This document shows, one piece after another, positions 54,018 through 64,000 of a stretch of DNA of 64,000 nucleotides. A program made the translations under genes and the position numbers. A model generated the notes under the pieces. It did not search any database, was not told where the DNA came from, and worked only from the letters and a program-made list of their open reading frames with translations. The number at the start of each line of letters is the position of its first letter. The stretch's first letter is position 1. The stretch comes from Callorhinchus milii (taxonomy: Eukaryota), in contig NW_024704743.1 of NCBI RefSeq assembly GCF_018977255.1, forward strand, positions 12,340,001 to 12,404,000. Reading direction: 5' to 3'.

Positions 54018-54021
54018 ATGA
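53974..54021 (+). other. uORF MGCPRRHPNPRCSCP* overlapping the exon-3b start codon
   Basis: ggcATGg at 53974, 15 codons, and TGA at 54019-54021 overlapping the ATG at 54018-54020. Confidence 0.6.
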
Positions 54022-54111
54022 AGCGCTTTGGAAGCTTACGAGGGAGCAAGAAACGGAAGGACCAGGAAGTAAAGGCAGAGAGACGCCAGTCGGAGCCTCA
54101 TGGCCTTCTAG
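54018..54111 (+). CDS. PRKAG2: PRKAG2 alternative first coding exon (exon 3b-like, gamma2-3B), MKRFGSLRGSKKRKDQEVKAERRQSEPHGLL + 1 nt
   Basis: ATG at 54018, 31 codons plus 1 nt, donor g|gtaaag. Phase 1 matches exon 3, so it can splice to exon 4. It lies in intron 3 after a repeat-free CpG-rich stretch. Length and sequence resemble the ~32-aa unique N-terminus of gamma2-3B as recalled. Confidence 0.85.
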
Positions 54112-54586
54112 GTAAAGGTGTCAAGCTTTAATGGGGGTGCAGGGGGAATGGAAGGGGGCGTGGAGGGAATGGAAGCGAGGGTGTAGGGGTAATGGACGCG
54201 GGGACATAGGGGAAATGGAGGGAGCGCGGGGATTTGCGGGATTTTTGAAATGCACTTTCCAATATCCCAGTTCTGCATGATGCTGCATTCTGCTGGAATG
54301 CTGCTCAGATTCCAGTCTCATTTCTGATTTCCAGATACCAATCCCCACTTTGAGATCCAATTCCAAATCTCCAGATCCAAATCCCTGACCTCAAAATCCA
54401 ACTCCCGACCTCGAGGTCCCATTGCCAACCTCCAGATCCCATTCCCAACTTCCCATCGGTCAAAGGAGTCTCCGGCAGGAGATTGTGATCCGAATGTGCT
54501 CCAGTAATAGATGTGTATCCGTGACCCTGGGTGCTAAGTTATTAGTGAATCCTTTTAGGAATCACCGCATGTCAAAGGCGGGTGAA

Positions 54587-54730
54587 TAGTAATAATAATA
54601 ATAATCCTTGCATTTGATATAGCGCTTTTCACGTCGGGAGGACGTCCCAAAGCGCTTCACAGAACACACTGTAAAGTGAATTGACTGTATATTTGTGGGC
54701 GAACGCGGCAGCCAATTGCGCACAGCAATG
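54587..54730 (-). mobile_element. 5'-truncated young SINE
   Basis: Matches the 3' half of the young SINE copies, with an (AAT)n tail. Confidence 0.9.
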
Positions 54731-54984
54731 AGGATGGACCCCATCACCCACAGGTATCTGGATTAGACAGTGCCATGTGTCTGCTTTCTCTCTCTCTCTC
54801 CCAAGCTAACCCTCATTGCTCTCACGGTCCCCACTCCCCCTACATGCACATGCACATTGAATAGGAGTAAACAGGTTGATCATCACTTTGCTTCAGTAAT
54901 CGGGCTGTTTATTTGTTTATGGATAAATGGGTTGAGCTTGGTGTCTTGGTTCATTTTTCTACTGGAGTGTGGCCCAAAATAGAT

Positions 54985-55625
54985 ATGGTGTGTGTGTGTG
55001 CGTGTCTGAGGGTGTGTATGTGTTTGGGTGGTGTGTGTGTCTGCGCGTGTGTGTATGTGTGTTTGCATGTGTGGGTGTGTGTAGTGCGTGGGTGGTGTGT
55101 TTGTGCACACTGAGGTGGCTGTGTGTGCGCGGATGTCTCAGTATGTGTGTGTATACACACGTGTCTAAGGATGTGAATGTGTGTGAGCACATGTTTGAGG
55201 GTGCGTATATGGTGTGTGTGAGTGCGTGTCTGAGGGTGTATGTAGTGTGTTTGTGAACGTGTGTCTGAGATTGTGTGTGCGTGAGCGCGTGTCTGAGGGT
55301 GTGTGGTGTGTGTGTGTGAGTACATATCTTATGGTATGTGTGTGTTTTTGTATGCACGTGTCTGAGGGTGTGTGTGGTGCGTGTGTGAGTGCGTGTCTGA
55401 GGGTGTGTCAGTGCGTGTTTGAGGGTGTGTATGGTGTTTGTGTATGAACATGTCTGAGGGTGTGTGTGTGAGCGCGTTTCTGAGGGGGTGTGTGGTGTTT
55501 GTGTACACATGTGTCTGAGGGCGTGTGTGTTTGTGTACGCACGTGTCTAAGGGCGTGTGTGATGTGTGAGCGCATGTCTGAGGCTATGTGTGTGAGCGCA
55601 TGTCTGAGGGTGTGTGTGAGTGTAG
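54985..55625. repeat. Degenerate TG-rich minisatellite with recurring gtgtctgagggtgtg
   Basis: More than ten recurrences of the motif separated by (TG)n. Confidence 0.9.
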
Positions 55626-57119
55626 TGGGTGAGTTGTTGGTTACGGGAGGAGATGTAATCTGAGAGCAACTGTAGACTTCGTAAAATTGTAGATGTAAAA
55701 CAATTAGTAAAGAACAAGCTTTCTGTTTGCCGGTTGTGTTAAGTGTTGTAGGTGATGGCTGGGAGGGGCTCAATATCATGGGAGTAGCTGGTGTAATACA
55801 GATTAGCTTCATAACAAAGAAAGAACTTGCACTTTTTATCAGGCCAAAACTTCTCACCTGCTCCGTGACGCTGCTGTATAAATGCAGCTGTTGTCATTGT
55901 TGACTTGGAGCGCTTCATAGGCACTTGTCATCAAGCAAAGTGACTGTTTTTATTGATATGTGTTTGTTGGATGCTCTGAGACGCAGTGATTCTGAGGGGA
56001 GGGTGCTGAATGGGGGAGGTTATTGTGAATTATAGATATGGATAACTATTCTGAAAGTATTGCTCAATCGCTTCAGAGAGAGGACTTTCAACCAAGAGAG
56101 TGTAGGACGCAGTCTTGTCAGAGCCTACAAGGTGATGTGCTTGGTAATGGATTGTCAGAATCAAACCAACCCTCTGTGACTGTCCCTCGTTCATTTCCTG
56201 AGCCAGGAGAGTCCGCACTATTCCAGGGCAATGCTGATGCCAACACAGCCAGTCTGGCTCATCACCTCATTAGGGGAAGAGAGTGCATGTTCCATTCCAG
56301 CCACAGGTTAATTTCCATGTGTAGGTGGCATATATATATATATGTAACGCAGGGCACTACCCTGCGTGAGGGGCGCTATATAAATGCAAGTAGTTGTAGT
56401 CTGGTTTGAATACTCTACAGCATGGTAATGGACACACTGTTGACCAAACAAAAGGAGATGAAATGGAAGTGGGGTGGGCAGTCAGCCTTGGTTCCAGCTT
56501 ATTACTAAGTACTTGTGTCTCAAACCTGAGCTCAGCATCACTGGGTGTCAGCCCAGCTCAGTTGGGAGCACTCTCACCTCTGCGTCAAGAGTGTTGTGGG
56601 TTCAAGCCTTGTGTCTGCTTTTGAGTTTGTGGTGAAGGCTGATACCAGTATTTGTAGTTAGGTGAGAGGCCATGTGTTGTTGGACATGTTGCTGTTATTT
56701 TAAATGAGGCGTCAGAAAGATCTGTCTCAAGACCTACTTCTTTCTCTGGCCCCTTGGCCCCCCAACCCCAGCTCGGATGACAAGCCAGGACTGTTAAGAG
56801 CCTTGGGATATCCTCCAGATGTGAAAGATGCTGTAAAGGTGTAAATTTATATTGTATTGTATGCAGGTGGGTCTCCATCCTGGAGCCCCTCTGCCTCCCC
56901 CTCTCCCGTGCCTCCTTCAAGGTCCGTCTCAAGACCTTCCTCTTTTTACAATGCTTTCAATCATCCTTCCACCTCACTTGCCCTGAACCCCAGCTCGGGT
57001 GCAAAGCCTTCACTGTTCAGAACCTTGAGATGTCCTAACAACATGAAAAGTGATGTGTATATGCAACTTGTTGTTCTTAAATTGATATGAATAACGCATT
57101 TGTATGAGATATTACAATC

Positions 57120-57530
57120 CAATACAAAATTACACTTGTATAGTGCCTTTCATGTCGGGAGGACGTCCCAAGGCGCTGGACAGTCACGGATTTGGACCCA
57201 AGCTGGGGGTCAGGATTGGGGAGAGTGCAGGGCAGGGAGGGTAGGAGGATGGCCGAAGGCTCCGTCAAGGAGGAGGGTTTTGAGACACGCCTTGAAGGAG
57301 GCAAGGGAGGGTGCGAGACGAAGGGAATGTGGGATGGAGTTCCATAGGGTGGGGACAGAGAGGCTGAAGGCCCGACTGCCTATGGTGGGCTGGGCCAGGC
57401 GGGGTACGTGGAGCAGGTCACAGCCTGCTGAGTGGAGGGAGTGGACATGTTCATATGGAGTTAGCAAATCACAGAGGTAGCGAGGGGCAAGGCCGTGGAG
57501 AAAGACGATTTTGAACTCTATCCTCTGGGA
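57120..57530 (-). mobile_element. L2 3' end
   Basis: PTIGSRAFSLSVPTLWNSIPHSLRLAPSLASFKACLK. Confidence 0.82.
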
Positions 57531-59016
57531 CGTGTGTGAAACTGGATCTCGCTCACACCCTCAGCAGAAGGAAACTATCAAAACCTTGAAGAGGGGAGCA
57601 GACTATTGACTAATATTTCGGTACAGGAAGATATTTGTGTGTCAGCCTGTCTTGGTCGGTCTCCTCGGAGTCAGAAGGTTGAGTTTCAAGCCCCATGTAT
57701 GGACTTTGAACTCACACATTGACACCCTGCTGATGTGCAGTGCCTCAGGGAGCGCTGTGTTGTCAGAGGTGCTGTCTTCGAGATGTTAAACCTAAGCCCG
57801 GTCTGACTGTTCAGGTGGATGTTAAAGATCCTGTGTGGCTTCGCAAGAAATTAGGAGAGTTTGTCCCGGTGTCCTGCCCTACGATCCTCCAAAATCAAAT
57901 TAGTTTGTGGGACAATGCTGTACACAAACTGGATGCCATGTTTCACCCAAAAAACAGAGTCAAAACCACTTTATAGTATATCCCGTGAAACTCTTTAAGG
58001 CATCTCGGTGATGTGATAAGTCGCCATATCAAATGCAAGGATTATTATTATTGTCCTGTCCACCAGATAAAAAAAATCTTTCACATCATGGCTGTTTGTG
58101 GGAATGGTACTGTATGGAAATTGGCTGCCGAGTTCACCTACAAAAATACAGTCACTGAGCTTTACAGTGAATTCTGTGAAGCTTCTTTGAGATGTCCTCC
58201 TGATGTGTAAGGTGCTATATCAATGCAAGGATTATGAATATAATTATTAAATACCCACCCTCATGTCTTCCACATTATAGCAGAACTAGCTGTTAACTGG
58301 GTGAGTCCTGGCTTCTGCCAGCCAGGCATTTTATTGTTTGAAGCTTCCCTCGCACCCTGCAATTGAAGCTCACTTTAATGAAGATTAAACACTGGGCTGG
58401 AGTGGAGACCAGTAATTAGGTTTAGTTGTGTAAGTGCAAAGCCAACACATTCCAGAGCTTTTAAATATAGATAAGTAAAGCCAGGTGATACTGGGCATGC
58501 AAATGAATCTAAATGGAGGGTGGGGATGGTGGTAAGTAGGATGTGGTGGGGAGGTTAAGAATTATTGCCATCTGGATGTTGATAAGAACTTCAGAGTACA
58601 TTTTGGAGTTTGCATTATATTGGTGAAGCATTCAACCCTGCTCCCTCGCAGGTTTCAGATCAGCCTTCGGGGGTGGGTGTGGAGGACCCTGAGCTGGGAT
58701 AAAGGGAGCTTGCAATCCGGGATCAAGTGTGGTTGAAGTGTGCCTGGGATCTTAAAGCACAAGGGGTGCCCTGAAGCTTGGTCTGGTTTATAAATACCCC
58801 ACCCGCCGGCCTGCCCTTACACCAGTTATTCCAAAAATGAGCCACTGGCAGGAATTTACAGCATCAAAATAAATGCAACTGGATTGAAAGGCTTTCATTT
58901 TATTCTTCGACTGCTGCGCTGTGCCAAGCCGCGCCATGCTGAGCTGAGCTTGGCTGAGCTGGAATTCACTGGGCTGTGCTGTGTGGTGCGAGATTCATCA
59001 ATGAGGGCGTCGAAGA

Positions 59017-59352
59017 TAAATAATAATAATAATAATAATAATCCTTGCATTTGATATAGCGCTTTTCACGTCGGGAGGACGTCCCAAAGCGCTTCACAGA
59101 ACACACTGTAAAGTGAATTGACTGTATATTTGTGGGCGAACGCGGCAGCCAATTGCGCACAGCAATGTCCCACAAACAGTCGTAGATTGAAAATGACCAA
59201 TTTTGTTTTATTATTGTTTTTGGTTTTGGAGGGATTATTATTAGGCTCTGTGTGGAGTAAGGAAACTTGCCCAAGGTTTCGCCCTGCCGGGAATTGAACT
59301 CAGATCTCTCGCTTGCAAAGCGAGTGCTCTAACCACTGAGCTACAGGACTCC
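59017..59352 (-). mobile_element. Young short tRNA-Ala SINE, full length
   Basis: Complete head and (AAT)n tail. It abuts an older long-form SINE at 59385-59710. Confidence 0.92.
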
Positions 59353-60984
59353 ACATTTATTTAATAAAATAATATTAACAAGAATAATCCTTGCATTTGA
59401 CATAGCACCTTATCACATTATTGAGACATCGCAAAGAGCTTCACAGAATATATTGACTGCATTTGTGAACAAAATGTGGAAGCCAATTGCGTCCAGCAGT
59501 GTCCCACAAACAATCATAGATTGTGTGACGCCATTTTTTTTGGTGGGATTATTACCTGCCGAAAGCGATCTGCCAATTGACTAACAACTAGGTTCCTACT
59601 TACTGCTAGGTAAATAGTGTGGAGTAAGGAAACTTGTCTATGGTTTTACTCTGTCTGGGAAACAAACTCAGATCCTGTCGCTTGTGAGGCGAGCAGTCTA
59701 ACCACTCCATTGTAGGTCTGGTGAATGACTTTGAGACATGAAAGGAGCTGTATCAAATGCAAAGATTATTATTTAAGAAATAATTCCTGTTTCCTTATGA
59801 AAGAACTCCATTTGAAATCGCCACGCTCCAAGAAGCAGTGAGGAACACCCATGCTCTGTATGGGGGGGGCTGGACTGTGTTGGGGTTCTGTCAAGGACAC
59901 TGGAGTACAGTACGGGACATGTTCTTTGGCTGGCACTACACTCTCAACACGGTGAATGACAGGAATTTGGTGGCACGCTGCAGGCTGATAAGGGAGACGG
60001 CATCTGTCAGAGTCAAACTTCACGCTGCATTCCAGAGGAAAGTGTTATTCTGCACGTCACAATCAGGTCAACATCAGGTGTTCACCCAATGTGGCAGAAA
60101 GTGCTCTCCTTGGGCTTCTGCTGCACATTTTAACTCTGCCATTGACTTCCTGTGCATGAGAAGCTTATTATTAGTCATCTTTCCCCCTCCTCATTTCTGT
60201 TTCTCAACCAGTATTATCAAGCCCTTCGGGAACTCCTACCGATGAGAAAGATGCTTTATAAGTGTGTATTTACTGTGTGCACTCAGCGGGCTCTGGCCTG
60301 CTCCAAGTCTCCAAGCCTGTTACTAATTGAACTATACTGACACCCACATGTCAAATTTGTGGAAGGAATCCCCACTAATGTACTTAAAGAATTCCATTGC
60401 CCATAAATACATAGCCACTCCACTTCACAGTAAATCCTGTTATTTCTAAATGTTTTGCAAGGAAACAAACTTTGATAAGCACTGTTGACAAAAGGTCAAT
60501 CAATACAAGTTGCAAATCCAGATACTGATTCAGCCTGGCCCAGTTAGTAGCAGCCTTGCCTTGTTCAAAGGAAGGCTTGTCCTGTTACTTGCTAGTAATA
60601 GTAAGGCCCCTGTTATGGCTTCTGTTGGGGGGCGCGCTACCTTTTCAAAGGTGCTGTCCTTCAGGTGAGATGCTAAACCAAGGTCCCGTCTGCCTCTTCA
60701 GGTGGATGTTAGAGATCTCATGGCACTGTATGAAAATGTTCAACTAGTATTGACATCAGAGGAGGGGGTCACATTACAAGAATCAATGTGAGACAGAAAT
60801 CAATTACCAGGATCAATGTGAGGCACTCTGAGAGATCAACAAAGACTATGGTGGCCTGTAACTGAGAGTGAAGTTAAAGAAAACAAATTAATGAGCAGTG
60901 AACTTGATGACTAGGTATTAGCATTGTGCATTTTACAGGCACATATTATGCAATGTACCTGCACATACTATACAAGAGCTGACA

Positions 60985-61820
60985 ACAGCAGCAACAAAAT
61001 TACATTTCTATAGCGCCTTTCACGTTGGGAGGAGGGTGACCAAAGGCATGGTCAAAGAGGAGGGTCTTGAGATGGGTCTTGAAGGATGCAATGGAGTGAG
61101 GAGAAGCTGTTTGTGGTGTTAAAGTGGAGACGGTGTGAGAGGTACGATCTGAACCATTCAAGGACAAAATCATGAAGGTTGAGGTGAGAGGAGAGGCGGT
61201 AGAGGAGGATGGAATGGTCAACAGTATTGAAAGCAGCAGAGAGGACGCGGAGGCAAAGGGAGCCCTGATCGCAGATGGACAGAATATCATTTGTCACTTT
61301 GACCAAAGCTATTTCTCTGCTGTGGGCAGCACGGAAACCTGATTGGAGGGGTTTGGGAAGGGAGTGGCAAGAGAGGAAGGAGCGAAACTGGGAAGCAATG
61401 ACTCACTCCAAGACCTTGGAAAGAAAAAGGAAGTTGGCGATGGGGTGGTAGTTTAAGAGCAGGGTTGGGTCCAGGGAGGGTTTTTTTGAGGATAGGAGTG
61501 ATGACAACCGTTTTTAAAGGTGTGGGAATGGTGCCAGTGGAGGTTTTTGATGTCTGTGAGTAGAGGGGCAAGGAGGTGGAGCTGGGAGGTAAGGAGAGGG
61601 GTAGGGATGGGGTCAAGGTCGGTTTCATGTGGGTTATGATGGTGGTGGGAGAGGTGGAGGAGACAGGTTCGACGGTGTGGAGGGAGTGATAGGTAGGGGA
61701 CGGGGTGTGAGGGAGGGATGGGGAGGTGGTAGTGGTTGGAAGGGCAGAGGCAGCTGAGCGGATCCCCTTGACTTTGGTTTTGAGGAAGTTCAGCGTCTCT
61801 TCGCAGTTGGCGTTGGCATG
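60985..61820 (-). mobile_element. Internally deleted L2 LINE
   Basis: VITPILKK and VKVTNDILSICDQGSLCL, joined to SFKTHLKTLLFDHAF and the tail. Confidence 0.85.
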
Positions 61821-62029
61821 TTGCCCAAACATATTGCACATGTCGTGTACACAGTGTCCATATTGAATCAGCTTAGCTCAGTTGGTAGCACCCTTGCCTC
61901 TGAATCACAGATTTATGAGCTCAAGTTTGGACTTGCACAGTCTATGCTGACACTACTACAGGGCTGGGTGAGTGCTGTTTTCAGAGATGCTGTCCATCAG
62001 GTGAGAGTTTGATAAAACGGAAGCCATAG

Positions 62030-63615
62030 TCTTTGGCTCCCGTCAATGTCTTCTCTCCTGTAGTTCAGATCTCCTCGCCCTCCCCGAACTGCCCGCCCTC
62101 CCCGAACTGCCCGCCCTCCCCGAACTGCCCGCCCTCCCCGAACTGCCCGCCCTCCCCGAACTGCCCGCCCTCCCCGAACTGCCCGCCCTCCCCGAACTGC
62201 CCGCCCTCCCCGAACTGCCCGCCCTCCCCGAACTGCCTGCCCTCCCTGACCTCTCCCTGAGACTCACCGACCCCAATCCCCAGCTATTATACCACACAAC
62301 TGGTCCCTGGCCAAGACCTCCACCTTCACCACATCGTCTGCCTCCATCAGTACCTCACTCCCAAAAGCTGCTGAAACCCTCGTCCATGCCTTTGTCATCT
62401 CCTGCCTCGACTACTCAAATGCCCACCCCTCTGACCTCCTACTATTCACAAAATTCAACTAATTCAAAACTCCACTGCCCGTATTCTCACCCGCACTAAA
62501 CTCCGTACCTCCATTACCCCAGTCCTTGTCAAACTCCATTGGCCCCTGTCACAGAGCGGATCGATTTCAAGATCCTCACTCTTGTATTTAAATCCCTTCA
62601 TGCCCTGGCACCCCACTATCTCTCCAACCTGCTCCCTGCTCTCTCCCTACACTACAACTAGTTGCTCCCACTCCACTGGCTCCAGTCTCTTCCTTGTCTA
62701 CTCTACCTCTCTGTCTTCACCCTTGTCTCCAGGACCACTGCTGTCCTGACAGAATGTCTTTCGGATATCAAGTCCTGGATGAAAGCTAACTTTCTTCAGT
62801 TGAACGTCAACAAGACCGAGGCTCTCCTGATTGACTCCCATCAGCGGCTCCTCACCTCAAGCGCTGACAGCATCATCATCCATGGTTGCACGCTCCACCT
62901 TGCTAAGCCAGTAGGGAACCTTGGGGTCTTGTTTGACCCTCAACTATACTTTTTACCCCACATATGCGCCATGACCCGCTCTGCCTTCCCCCATTTCCGC
63001 AATGTTGCCCGTCTCCGACACTGTCTCACACTGCAGACTGCCGAAACCCTCATACACTCCTTCATTACATTGAGGCTCGACTATGCAAACTCATCGCTTG
63101 TCGGCTTCCCCAACTCCTCCCTCCACAGGCTGCAGATCATCGAGAACTTTGCAGCCTGTGTCCTCTCCTGCACTAGGCTCACAACCCTATCACCCCCATC
63201 CTTGCCCAATTCCACTGACTTCCCATCACACAGAGGATACAGTCCCAAGATCCTGATCCTCACCTTTAAAGTCATCCATGGTCTAGCTCCCCACTACCTC
63301 TTCGACCTCCTAATCCCCTATCACCCTGTTCATTCCCTCTGCTCACCGGGCTCTGTAATTTTATTATTGTTGCTGTCCTCTGGACTCCCACCCCACCATC
63401 GGTGGTCGAGCTTTCAGATACTACGCCCGAAGCTGTGGAACTCTCCCTCAATCCCTTCAAATTGCCCATTTCTAACCTAATTTTTAGGTCGTGCTCGAAG
63501 ACCTTCCTCTTCGACTGTGCGTACAGTCATCTTCCCCTGGCTCGACATTGGACTCTGCCACTGTTAAGTGCTCCGAGATATGAAGGGCGCTGTATAAATG
63601 CAATTTGTTGTTATT
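62030..63615 (+). mobile_element. Two L2 ORF2 C-terminal pieces
   Basis: ORF 62662..63480 ([21 protein letters not shown]...RLDYANS), with tail ataaatgcaatttgttgtt. Confidence 0.85.
62076..62237. repeat. Perfect 18-bp minisatellite (cgccctccccgaactgcc) x9
   Basis: Nine identical units counted, with gaact at 62086 through 62230 in steps of 18. Confidence 0.95.
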
Positions 63616-64000
63616 AAACTGAGCGCCTGGCCCGTCTGTCTATTCAGAAGGATGATAAAGATACCATGGTGCTTTTTGAAAAGAGAAGGGTATTTCTTCC
63701 TATGTTCTGGCATACAGTCCTCCAGATAAAGCTTATCATTCACTTCATAACTGTTCGTGGGACATTGTGTGCAAATTGGCTGCCTCATTCGCCTACAAAA
63801 TACACAGTCATTGGTTTTGACAGTAAATTCTGTGAAGTGTTTTGAGACATTTCGAGGACATGATAAGGTGCTATATCAAATGCAAGGATTATTGTGTGCA
63901 TACCATGCGCGCCTCTGAGTTTATCATTTTAGTACGTGCCAGTTGTTCTAAAATAGACTATTTTGTGACACCTCGCGAAGCTGTTTGAGATTAAAAATGC

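Noticed and set aside
54985..55625. Repeat-spacer-like periodicity suggesting CRISPR
   Set aside because: Vertebrate intron, spacers are simple (TG)n, and there are no cas genes.
54883..55857. His/Thr- and Val/Cys-rich ORFs (also 44549-45092)
   Set aside because: Artefacts of TG/CA repeats.
62033..62297. PPSPNC / GRAGSS repeat ORFs
   Set aside because: Translations of the 18-bp minisatellite, with no exon signals.
62662..63480. Longest ORF (272 aa), and the 18609 and 25058 ORFs, as host genes or active LINEs
   Set aside because: Frameshifted fragments of L2 ORF2; no intact element is present.

Overview
Vertebrate genomic DNA, most likely from a cartilaginous fish (the repeat content suggests a holocephalan; this is inference). 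The window lies inside the + strand gene PRKAG2 (AMPK gamma-2). It holds the distal part of intron 1, exon 2 (35692-35763, 72 nt), exon 3 (40091-40379, 289 nt) and an internal alternative first coding exon (54018-54111, MKRFGSLRGSKKRK...) resembling mammalian exon 3b (gamma2-3B isoform). Exons 1 and 4 were not found. Most of the rest is interspersed repeat: decayed L2 LINEs (one retaining endonuclease and RT), CR1 3' ends, young and old tRNA-Ala-derived SINEs with L2-type stem-loop tails, Deu-domain SINEs, a Tigger-like MITE, a Gypsy gag relic, an unclassified ~450 bp repeat family and several mini/microsatellites. Nearly all ORF-track entries are repeat by-products. Best observations: a strong-Kozak uORF whose stop overlaps the exon-3b ATG, a 48-bp-arm AT palindrome just upstream of exon 3, inverted repeats flanking exons 2-3, a cardiac-type TF motif cluster near 58.45 kb, a SINE loop switch matching an L2 partner, and an orphan decayed coiled-coil ORF. 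No wholly new biological system is demonstrable from sequence alone. Repeat boundaries are approximate.
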